A stretch of 64,000 bases of DNA. Source: Phoronis australis. Its lineage: Eukaryota > Animalia > Phoronida. The position numbers and the translations under genes are program-made. Shown here in pieces: positions 15,301-28,200 of this stretch (position 1 is the first letter of the stretch; each line of letters starts with the position of its first letter). Below the pieces are notes generated by a model. The model ran no database searches, was not told the origin of the DNA, and saw nothing but the letters and a program-made list of their open reading frames with translations. The stretch covers positions 16,080 through 80,079 of the forward strand of contig NMRA01000280.1 of NCBI GenBank assembly GCA_002633005.1, read 5' to 3'.

Positions 15301-18300
15301 TTCGACTACCACTGTGCCTCTCAATGACAAAGTCCATATTTTTATGTTTGCTTTGCAGTTTTTGGACGGACGATCTATTAGGGAGATGGCAGGACCTTCC
15401 CATTTTCGAAGATGTTCAACATATTCTGTGTCACCTAGTGGAAATTTTTATGATACTAATAAAACCCCTAGAAGCAAACCATTTGTGTTGTAGTTGTGGG
15501 GGCATATGAACGCTTTGTGTTGCTCTTGTCAAATCATAAATGTCAGGAGGTGCACAGTTGAGTGTTCGTATCCCTCACGTACCTGAGGGAAACGTGCCTG
15601 TGCCCTCTGAGAGGGAGTTTTTCAGGTAAGGTGAAAATTCTCCACCTTTTATTTCAACTCTGCATCTCTCTCGGCTTTACCCAGGCGTGTGAATAATGGT
15701 CATAAAATAATGTTACAGTTATGAATTAAAGACAATAGGTGGTGTACCATACTGACGAATCCAGTTTTACCATTTGAAACCCCTTAAAAATCATGAACTT
15801 CACCTACTGTAGTTTATTCGCACTTTGAGAATATGGGACAGCATTGATCAATGTTCAGACATACATGTTCTAACGTCTCCTGATGGCCGTTACCAAATGA
15901 TCACTCAGACATACAACATATACAACCTTTACCTCAACATGAATGTTTAATTTTTCAATTTTTATTACCACAATTTTACTGGGGTAAAGCCTACAAAACG
16001 CTTGAAAGCATTCTATGTGAATATCTAATCAGGTGGGCAGTTGTCTTCTTGGCCATCATGACCTAGCCTTGAAATCCAGACTGAGACTTAAAAGCTCAAA
16101 CAATCTGTCTAAAACGTTGCTTGTGTATTGGTTGAATCAATGATTTGCAACCCGTGGATTTAAGCAGCTAAGTAAAAGTATCTGCTGTAATAAATGTATT
16201 AAGGGGTGGCCTGCCATGTAAATTTTTTAAATAGTGCATTGTGTTTGTATCTAGTCAATAGTCTTGCCTGAAGTTAAAAATGAATTACTTACTGTGACTT
16301 AACGTTGACTTGGTGGATTTGAGTTTGCCACAGTTTCCTGCTCAGTATCGTATCACTCTCTGAGTGTCAATGCTGTCCTTACCTTTAATAGCGCGTTTTG
16401 GTTTTCAAAACTGCAATAATAAAAAGTTAAGAACTTCCAGGCGGGGATGGTCAATGCCCGCTTATGATGGCAACATTTACCATAATTAAAGTTTTCACAT
16501 TTCAAAGTTCGCCTTTACTGTTTTGACAGTAATTAAGATGCAGTCAACAATAGCCTAAAGATTGGATGCTTTTAAAAAGCTTACCGATTGGTGAAGTGCG
16601 AGTGGGTGCTTAAATTAGAAATGTTCAAAAGTAATCACTGGGTGTAAGTCAAACCAGAATGTTAACGGTACATTCACAGGTTTGCGAGTGGATTTCGTGT
16701 AGTAACCGTGCCGCCATGTGCTCGAACATCACCGTGTTTAAGAAGCTGTTGGATGAACCCAGAAACAACTACAACATGAGCATGATGGATTTACAGGCAC
16801 TTGTCTGTAAGATCCTGTCCACCAACATGACACAGATGTATATAGACCTTACCAGAGAGACTCTGATGGTGAAAGATGTTGTAAGGATGGTAAGCTGTTG
16901 AATTCTGTCAAATCATTCTGTACTTGTTATGTCTTTATGATATTGTTTTAATGACACTCTCTCAAATTTGTGGTACATTTTTCAAACCTTCAAAAAGCAT
17001 TGCTGAAGCAGATCAGCAAGACACAACCAATGCCGACTCATCTTGCGCATTTATTTCCTTATGCATGCACAGACTAAACCTGCTCACGGACAAACTCTTC
17101 AATTCAAGTGCTGGACTATTTTAGAGTTAACCTCTCACTGTTTCATTTTTTCTCAATGATTTATTATTATTATTAGAGAAAACAAATAGAAATTCTCGTT
17201 TTTTCACTATTCTTCCTTCACGGAATTTTATGAAATTCAGCAAGAACTTTTCCATCGAGATGACGACGAAATTTTTCCAATGTCGAACGAATTCAAAATA
17301 TTCTGCTCCCTGTGATCATTTTTAAATTTCTTAAGTCTGTCATTGCCATCTTAGTGTGTTTTCTTTTACGTCATTTGCAAGAGATGGCTGAATTTGAAGT
17401 TTTGGAACATTACCGGTTTGCACTTTGCATGCTGCTATGTGTTTACAATAAGCCAATTGGCAATGCTGAACTAGAAGGGTTGGTGGTCGCCCAGGTGGCA
17501 AGCAAATTTTCATAGCATTAAAGGATTTCAATTTTTCTGTGTGGAGTTGAAAAAAACGAATTTTATTCTCAGTGTCATGTTTTTAATTAGACATTAGCCT
17601 CATTGGTAATGTTTCACTTATATTTCTCAAAAAAAATATCTCCAAAAGGATTCCTTTTCAAATTTTTGAAAGACTGTCTGGTGCTACAGATCATGAGAAA
17701 TTTACCAAGTGTTGTTTTGTCACAATTGCACAGGGCAGGCAATGTAATTATATAAATCAAATTTAATTCTGTGACAACATTGGGGAGAAACCAGTCAATT
17801 TTCGAGCAGATTCAATCACTGCAGCACCCCCTAGTGGCCATTTTGGTCTCCGGAAAGTATACTTTTTCAGTACTTGTAGTGTGAAAAGAGTTTCTGAATG
17901 ATGTCTAGAGAAGTGATTGATTCAGATGTATGTGATGCATTCGAACTCCGCAGCACCCTCTTGTCGCCATTTTGGTCGCGGCAAGGGGCTTTTCACTACT
18001 TTTAGGGAAAAGTTTCCAAATGATGGCTAGAGTATCGATTGATGGAATTAAATGAAACGTGACACGAGTATGTGATGGCAGTGTCCAGGACTAGATAATT
18101 TTCTGACAGGTTCGACCAATGCAGCACCCCCTGGTGGGTATTTTATGTAGTTGACCAGTTGTTTCCGCGATATCTCAGATTCCTGGTCGTATTTTAATAA
18201 AACTTGGCACAAGGAAGTAGGGAATCACCGGGACGGTACATGCCACTTTTCAGTCTGCCATCAGGCCAGGAGTGTGGCTTTTTGCTATTTTTGGGGAACA

Positions 18301-21300
18301 ATTAATCATTTTTTAAATGGAGAACTGATAGACAGATTTCAGTGAAACGTAATACCGGGACATGTGATGGCAGTGCCCAGGCACAAGTTGAATTTTGGGT
18401 GAATTATATTTCAGCAACTCTTGTTTTTATTGACAGAATTTAGAAACAATTTTTGAGCAAGTGGACCTGTGCAATCAAGTGTACCTGTGCAATCAAGTGT
18501 ACCTGTGCAATCAAGTGTACATGCATAAGCCCGAGTAATGCAAAAGTTGTGAGGTGGGGTCTGCTTTTGAGTGACGAGTTACATGAGAACGATGGCTTAT
18601 CAAGGGCAAATTAACCATGAACCTTAACATGTAAGTTTTTTGCAGTAGAAACCTTGCCGGCAATCAAGTAGAATGGTCTTGATGTTACTTTTCCTTGAGA
18701 ATCTTGGAAATGTATATTACTGTTCTTTTCTATCATGTTGTGACTGTGCTAAATGAAGAGCTATCATCCTGCTATGATTCTCTTCATAGATGCTGCATAT
18801 GGGCACAATAACACATGCTGAACTAGAGACTGTCGCCAAGAATGTGAACAAGTTCATCACCTTTGTTTATGTCTACGCCTTTGACCCTAAACCAATTGAC
18901 CAGAAGTTAGGCCTCAATCTTCCTCCTGAAGAAACAATATTCATCTCTGAATCATTTAATAAGGAATTCACACAAGTCGTGGTGAATGGTTTTGCCAATC
19001 TGTAAGTAATCACTCTTGTCAAAGTCCATTCAAATAGAATCAGATAGGGTCGAATAATTAATACAATATGAAAAACGTCTCGTGAGAAGCTTGTCAGCGT
19101 GGTGGTGTTTTTGGTTATGAAATTATACAAGGAAGTAGCAACACTAGATATTGTCTAATATGGGTATCCCATAGAATGAACCCTGCAATTTTTAGGTAAC
19201 CTCCTCTAGTGCCGCTGATTCTTTTTTTGCTTCAACTTCAAGGGGTAATTGGTTATTATTTTTGGTGTAATTGCCCAAAAATCTGCATGATAACTAGGGA
19301 CCTCTATCTTTATTAGAGCTGCCATCAAAAACGATTGCTTTCTCTTTAATCTGTCAAACTGGTTGTGAGAGCTTTACGAAACATTGGCCACACATTTTAG
19401 ATGGTAGTTTTGCCTCCTTGCATTTTTGGCACTGACCAAATGGACCTGATTGATGCTTGTGAAGTGCTGCTAAATATGGGTTTATTAAAGAGTCAATTTT
19501 CAGGTGATTCATGCTTGCTTTGTGTTCAGTGCTGCTTTTAATTTCCCATGCTTCTTAACTATTTTGAAATAAATCAGCAGAGATTTTAACGTAATTTGTG
19601 ATTTGATTATTAGACTAAAAATGCTCCTACTACTTGGAACTGGTATGAAAAACCACTAGTGACGAAATAGCTATAATATTCTTTTTTATGAAACTAAAGA
19701 ACGCCCAAGGTAGATGTGTCAACGTGGGTGCATCTCAACACTGTATTGTTGTTGCTATGAACTCAGGTCATCTACAATATTATGCTATGTCTGCAGTTGC
19801 TGTAGCTTAGTGTTTTCTGTTGGTGTTTAAATATATGGTGATCTTAATGGTAACGACTTCTCAGACTCTGTGTAGTCTGAGAGCTCTCAGCTGTATAACC
19901 TTAAAAAAGTAGCCAGTGGATGCCCACTGCAACAGAAAACCACGGTAATGGTCAAGGTATAACGTGCCTGAATTTTGAGGACCTGAGTTTTTTCCACTGA
20001 ATAATGGTCGTCAAACTGGATCTCAAAATATGAGTACGTTACATCCGACTGTTGCCAAAAGACACACTTGTTTTGACCATGAGCATCATTTGATGACTGC
20101 TGGATATTGTTTCAAGACCTTTGTTTGTTGTAGGCACTCCGGGGACCTTAAAGCATGGCTGAAAAGCGTGGGAAAGTGTCAAGTGATGAGGATGTTTGTG
20201 AGCAAGGTGCATGGCTCATTGCGATATGCCATTTTCATGATGAAGAAGTTACTAGGTACATGTAATGTCAGTTGTAACTTCATTGAAATTAACCTCAAAA
20301 ATATTTTAAAATGAGTACCTTTTATACTTACCGTTTTAATGGTATATCATGCACACGGTGGGTGTTTGTCAATATTCAGCATTGCTCTTGTTATCATTTT
20401 TGTGAGTTGGCTTCTGCCTCTCTATCTGCCAGACAGTGTGAAGAATCACCATGAAGGATGACAGATGTGATCCTGTTGAGAGCATATAGCTATCTGGCAT
20501 TAATTTTTGGACAGATATACTTTCTTGGCAGTTCTAGTTTTGTTTGAGTCTGCCTCAATGTCAAATTACGTTCATGAAATTTGGTTTTCTAATGAGGGAA
20601 ATGTGACAGATTTAGTGATTTAAATAGATCTAACATAACTTCCAAGTGAGCATCACTTACATCACTATCACCATTTGCGATGCAAAAGTGGCTACATACC
20701 AACGCTCTGCATTCATCGAGTTGTTATGATTCTAAGATGGTGTTTTAACACATCCTTCAGAGTTCACCTCCATAGATGATGCAATAGGTACTTTGAAGGA
20801 GAAGTTACCACAGACTAAGAAACTCTTGGACATGATGGATTATAGCCTGACACCAGCAGTGGTTGGTACTATAGAGCTGGCCCTGAGGAACCCTTTGCAG
20901 GTAGGAGGTTCATGCTGATGGGGACATTGCAGGGTCAACTATGTAAGCATGTGTTCAAAGATCCTAAACAGCTAATATCCACGTTTCTAAAGTGCACACC
21001 GTGTTGTCTTTGCTTTGGTATTATAATTAGAAATTTGACACGTCTGCTGCACGCCAACAGTGGACGAAATACTGTTTTCCTGTTGTGGGCCATCTGATCA
21101 TTCAAGCTTCTATGACAGTGAATTATCGTGCACGCGGCATCGTCCACTTGTGCACTGAGCCATCACGACAGGGAATTCAGCCAAAAGTTTGCAAGTTAAG
21201 TAATTAAAAATCTATTAGTTGAACATTTTTTGTTAATAATTTGTCGGAAATTCAAATCTGACTTGAGATCTTTCGATTTCAGGACAAATAGTATTTTAGA

Positions 21301-24300
21301 AATAAGATGGAATCCGTCGAATTGTAATCACTGTGTATGCTCTTGCTTGATAGCTTGGCTGAGGTTTATGTCTCCTCTAACATTTTTGGTTTCTCAAATA
21401 CATAGGCTTACTTGAAATATGCATGCTGAGAAGAACTTGTGAAATCTGAGCAACTTTCTCTCCGACACAGCATGGCAGACTAATGAAGTTTATTTTCTAT
21501 TATTTTTTCATAAAATTATAATTAATGCTTTTCCGCTTGTGCAAATTCTGTGCCATAGCTGACACCAGACAAAATTTTGAAAATTTTTAGGCATTCACAA
21601 CAATGATAGATGCCTTTAAAAAAGAAAAAAAGCTCAATTTTACGAATTACTTTTGCCAAAATTGGTGAGATTTTACCGTACTTCCAAAAATCAACACATA
21701 TCAAAACAGATGACATCAGGACATTGATTTGTACAGCCGATCACCAATGTCGTATGGTCTCATATTGTAAACTTCATCCACGCGTGTATACTTCATGTTT
21801 TGACAGACACTCGCTCGCACAAAATATCAATGGCTTTATGAGTAGTCTTCATGGCAGCTAAATTCTATCTCACATTGCCTTGTTAGGCATTCTTTCATGG
21901 AACCCAATTCTATTCGTCCATGTACTTGCATTAAAAGACAAAAGTAATCAGGCAAAATACCCATTTCCCGTCGTGACGACTAGTTCTGTTAACACCAAAG
22001 ATGACTGGGTGGCAAAATTCTGATCAGAAAATTTCCTTAAGCTTCCTTGTCTAACATTCCTGTTCTAATACCCCCTTCATCCTTGTTCATAATTAACGAC
22101 TACCTCTGGCGACGAACGACTACCTCTGGCGATGAACGACTACCTCTGGCGATGAACGACTACCTCTGGCCTCTGGCGATGAACGACTACCTCTGGCGAT
22201 GAACGACTACCTCTGGCGATGAACGACTACCTCTGGCGATGACCGACTGCCTATGGCGATGAACGACTACCTCTGGCGATGAACGACTACCGCTGGCAAT
22301 GAACGACTATCTCTGCCGGTGAACGACTACCTCTGCCGATGAATTTGGCATCCGCCCTGACGCTATGATAGGGAATTCTAGTTATCATTTGGTCTAAATA
22401 TGTTTGACTTGTAGAACTGTTTATTGTAGATGCACAACATGTTGGACAAAGTTCTGAAAGTTCTATTGGATGATCCCAAGAAACTTTGCACCGACTCATC
22501 ATTTTTGGAGGGCTACGATTCCATCAGTGTTCGGACAAAGATGAAGGACTTCCTTGATCTATTTTGCCGCAAACTTGATTATGATGCCCTCTGGAAGGAG
22601 CTTGGTCTGGACAGACTGGTGGACGAGGTCAAGACGTGGGTATGTGACCAATTCAAATCTAATCTTTCACAGTTTTCAAAAAGTTAAGCGGTCCCCTGTC
22701 AACATTTCAACATTTCATGTCAAAATAATTTGGCAACAGACACTCCTTTGCACAAAATTTGTTGAACACACAAAATTTGTTGAACACACAAAATTTGTTG
22801 AGCACACAAAATTTGTTGAACACACAAAATTTGTTGACCCCACAACAATGTTCACAATTAATAATTTTCATCCAGGAATTCAAAAATAGGCCATCTAAAA
22901 TGGACTCCTATAGTTTGTTAAGCCGTCCACGACCAATGACGCATGACAGCATTTTGACCTCATGTCAAACTGCTGTAATAGTGTATAATTTCATAAATTT
23001 ATCTTATCTATTAAACCGATTTATTCTGGGCAGGGAAGTGAGTTTAAACTTACTTTAGGTGTTTGTACAAGTGCTGAACTACCCATCCAAATACAGCTAG
23101 GGTGTCCAAAATTGAGGTTGAAGAGCTGTTTCTCCCTCTAAAGAGAATGTCTGGAATTAAAATGATCGTCCCTTGTATTTGCAGTGCGGTATGCAGTGCA
23201 CAGTGGGTGCATATCTACATTGTGCATTTGTCTTGTTGATTATTGTCACAAATTGTATACTCCAAATTATTCAATTAAATTGTCTTCTAATTGATAAATA
23301 AATGAAATTCATTGTGCTATGCCCACTCTCAACACGAGTTTACTCAGAATTTGTTTAGGTTCATAACACAATATAGATATTCATTAGTGAGAATCCTGTT
23401 TGCAAGTATCATACAGTGGACGTGCTGTGGCAACAGCACTTATGTCACACCAAGATCACGACTAGCGTAGTCACAAGCAGATGGATTAAAACGAGGCCAA
23501 GTTGCATAGACTCAATTGTAGCGCTGTGCCTGAGGGAACTGTGGCAATTCTGAAAAAAATGCTTGGTACCAACATGACTGCATAGTGACAAAGTTGTTGA
23601 ATGCAACAGAATGATACGCATGCTGTACTTTCTAATATAACATGAGAAGTTAATGAATCAGTAACACTGCATTGAAAATCCCCAATTTCTAACTGCAACG
23701 GCTCCATTTCCTTGCCGTTTTTTTGGTCGTAACCTACTAGACCTGGTCCAGCGCCGGGCGGCAGCATAAGCATCACAATGAACCGCATCGCAAGGGACAC
23801 CTGTCAGGCGTCTGAGGTACTAAAAATTTGGCGACCTCAAGTCCAAATGGCAAATTGGGATTTTACTCAACTCACCAATTGCAATTTGGGCGTTTTTTTA
23901 ACACCGGATGCTGAGTTTTGTAACTTGAATGAATATGTTTAGCTTTTGATTTTAATTTTAAAGAGAACAGTGATCAACAAAGATTGACAATTATAGGCTC
24001 TCTGGTCATAGCCAGTGTGCCCAGCTATAATTTATATAACTTGGCAATTTGAGGTACCTTACACTCAATATTAGCTAGTTCAATTAAACGGTTAACTCTT
24101 TCTTAAGATTATTTATGGGGTTACGATTTATACTCTCAAACGTTTACTTGTCAGCGATGATGTTATTCAGTTTCTCTTTGTACTCGTTCTTATTCATTAT
24201 GACATACGCAATTGTCTTATCGGACTTCCTAATAACAATGTCATCATTGTCCCTAAGTTGCTTGGCAGCAATACAAAGTTCTTTTCTTAATATTGTGAAA

Positions 24301-25234
24301 TTTCTTGAATTGGATTTGTTCTTTGTTCCTTTTGCCTTTAGCTGGTCTTTAATATTTGTATTAACATTGACAAAGCCACCTCTCTCAAGGTTTTCAATAT
24401 CTTGGTAAAGTTTTTCAAGTTCAACACGTTTTTTGTACAAATCAAATCGGGGTTTAAGGTGTACATTCATTCCCAGTGACAAAAAATTATGTTCACCTTC
24501 TGTAAGTTGATGATCAGACAAATTCATGTATGTTTTCCGCTCTTGCGGTGTAACTATAGCTCCTTTATATAAATTCTCTAGATTTTTCATGATCGTGTTT
24601 GTAGACTTAATCTGCTCTTTATCAACATAGGAGTGGATACGTTGCAAAATTTCATGCATCAAGTGACCTTTTTGCGTTTCAATTCTCTCCAATTCATGCT
24701 TGACTGTTTTGATTTGACTAGTCAAACTGCTAATGTTAGATTCCGCATGATGTAATTGTCTTGTAACAAGTTGTTTCCTATACTCAAGAGTGAAGGCTTC
24801 TTCTCGGGTTGCACGGTCACGGAGCTAAATATCTGTGTATTTGGGTAGCAGACATTCTTTTATACATGTTTCATTGAAAAGTAAGCTGTTCTTGGCTTTA
24901 ATTAGTTTGTACAACAAACTTTCGTAGTGTCTACACAGGTGTTTAATGTAATTGTTCTTGTTTCATGTATCTTACAAGATAGCGTTTATGATTTTTAAAT
25001 TTATTTGCCTTTGATGATTGATGTATAGTCGAAGTACCGCTACTGTTTTATTATGAAATGTTTTGTACAAAGTTGTATTATATATTTACTCATATGTATG
25101 TGTTTGTGATGACACTTACACTGGGCGATCTACTATATCAACTACCATCCGATGAAAGGCACTTGTGTAGACACTACGAAAGTTCGTTGTACAAACTAAT
25201 TAAAGCCAGGAACAGCTTACTTTTCAATGAAACA

Positions 25235-25282
<48 letters not shown>

Positions 25283-28200
25283 TGTATACACACATAGCAC
25301 TGCAGGATCATATTAATGTTGCATTATTTCAGTTTGTGGTACCCAGTTCAGAGTACAGTGTGCGCTTTGATCCTGGCAAGTTTGTAAATGACACAAAGGA
25401 GTTCGTTAAAATGTTTGGTCCAGCTTTTGGGAAGACTGGATGGCAATGGACCTCCAACGCTTTGCCTAGATGGATGCGTGGAACGCACTGGTCAAAGCCC
25501 ATTACCGATATGCTGCGCCGAACTTCAGTTTGGAATCTGTACTCGCAGCCATATAATATGAGGTGTGTAGAGTCGAGACTCAAGTTTTATTCAGGCTAAT
25601 TATGTGTCCACACACTCATATATTGATCCATATGTTACTGTATCTATTAATGAAACTATTTGCAAGGTTATAATGAGATTTAGCAGATTTTTTTCTTGGA
25701 CCTATCTGATTGTGACTGTCGCTATGCCCCCTAGTGATGATTTTAGTTTTGTACGTTTGCCTGTGCACGGTGTCTTCAGAGTTCCTGTCTGGATTTTCAT
25801 TCATGAAATTTGACAGATAGGATTCTATTAAGAAGACGGCATTGCCAATCTATTTCAGATTCAATGTATTTTATGTCTCTTTGTGACGATTTTTTGTTAT
25901 TTTTTAGTCTGTTCTCTGGTATTCAGCTCTCTGTCTACCAAACCACTCATTGTGAAAAGTAACAGATGACTGTTCCTGATGATGAGACCATAACTGGTGT
26001 TGATTTTCAGAGGTGTCCGACTAATGTGTCACCTCTTAGTGACAATTTCGTGTTTTTTTTTTACATCTGATGCTGAATATTCTTAACGCTTTGTTGGAGT
26101 TATGTGAAATTCGTTAATTTTGTGAAAATTCTTTTTCTCGGCATACATAAAAATAGTGAACTGCAAGGACTGAAAGTACTCACAAAATGTTTACAGATCA
26201 AGGTCTTTTGACTAAATCTCAACCCAGTCGGAAAGTGGAGTGATTTGAGAGCACTTTTATAACAATAAGTGATCCATATCAACAGCTGTTTTTTTGCTCA
26301 AACTCTGTGCATGATAGTCTTAAACTCCTGTATACATAATGTACTATGATCGTTGTTGGTACTTGAAACTGGCTCTTCATTCTTAAGCTTTGACTTGGTC
26401 ACAGTGAAAAGCATTCATTATACTTTTACATGTTACCCGTGTGAGAATTTGACACTTTTGACACGCTCTAAAAACGTGGAGTGTTGGAACGCCCTAAAAG
26501 CGTGTCAAACATGTAAAACGTGGCGTGTCAAACGTGGCGTGTCAAACGTGACGTGTCAAACGTGTAAAATATAGCGTGTCAAACGTGTCAAGAACGTGTT
26601 TGACACGGTCAGCGTGTCAAACGCGTAAATTAGAGCAAACGTGGCACTTTTGATACGCTAGCGTGTCGAACGTGGCGCTTTTTACACGCTAGCGTGTAGA
26701 ACGTGGCGCTTTTGCCACGCTAGCGTGTCGAACGTGGCGCTTCTGCCACGCTAGCCTGTAATCTGTGTCATTGCCATGGTAGCGACCCCACATTTAGCGT
26801 GAGGCCGTGTACAAGCCATATTGTTCTTGGTTATAGCAGCTCACCATCCACCATGGAAATCCATACTGAAAGCAAATGTATAAAGGGATTTCTTCTTTAA
26901 GTCACTGTTTATTGTAACATGTAAATAATCCAAAATGTGATCTTGAATGATAAAGAATCTTTAAAAGGATAATGTATTTATCCAATTCTTACCACATACA
27001 GTTGTCACTAAATTTCATTACGTCTAGAATAACATTAACACATAAATAAGAAAGTGGTTCAACATACAAGATCGAAATACTTAAGCTGCTAATATAGGTT
27101 AGCTTTTGAGTCATGCCAGTTGCTTGAAGACAGTTTATGAAGTAAATAACATACGCACTTTGTAACATTTTTGAATTACCAAGAGTGATTCAACATTTGT
27201 CATAACATCGAGTTTATGTTGATTTTGCAGCCCAAACCTCTGCACACAATGTCTTGCCCTAATTCAAGCGGACACTAAATGTGAGTTGATCCCATAACCA
27301 CAGTTATGAATTGATATACTACTGAAGTTGAGAGGCGTTCCAACTTCATATATTACCTGCATAGTCAACAGTTTCTACTGACTCTTGTTTTCTGTTACAA
27401 TCAAACTTACCTGTTAAAAGAAAAACCATTTGCAAGAAAAGTTTATCAAGCCACTGTCAACCAGAGTACATACATACCAAACTTCTGTTAGAGCTGCACC
27501 TGTGACACTCGACAACCATACTTCATAAGTGCTCTCCTGACACAACTGCACTCTCTGATAGCTAAACCAACTCTAACTCAGTATTTGGATATTTAAAAAG
27601 GCAGTGAAATATTTTGTTGCAAATTCTCTGATGTAATTATGGGAACATGTTTAGTCATTCAAATTGGGCGATTACCTCCCAGTGGTCTTTTCAGAACTGC
27701 CAAGCCTATTTAAATTGAATCTTTATTGAAGAGTTCTAGCGTTTGACACGCTAGCGTGTCACATTTTATACGTTTGATACGCTAGCGTGTCAAATTTTAC
27801 GCCGTTTGACACGCTAGCGTGTAAAATTGTACACGTTTGACACGCTGGCGTGTAATGTTTTTACACGTTTAACACGTTAGAGTGGCAAGTTTGACACGTA
27901 TTACACGTTTGATAGGTTTGACATGCTCAAAAGCGTGTCAAACGTGTAAAATTCTCACCCGGGTAACTGATTGCTTCTCTTTGGCCAGCTTGATTCAAGA
28001 AAACGTAAAGAAGTTCCTTGTGTACCTTCGTCTTGCTATACCCAACACATTGACAAACGAACAGAACCTTGCATTTCTCAATGTGCAAGATATCATCACA
28101 TTGGTTAATGAATTACTGAAGGGACTTGGAGGTGAGTACATGTGGCAACACATCAGGTTTGTGTGGAAATTGGAGTTTACAAGTTTGTTGACATCAGAAT

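Noticed and set aside
22096-22342. Regular repeat array as a possible CRISPR
   Set aside because: Head-to-tail 20-mers without unique spacers, no cas genes, and it lies in a eukaryotic intron
22554-23058. ORFs with repeated HTKFVE / NTQNLL peptides
   Set aside because: Translations of an intronic 18-bp minisatellite
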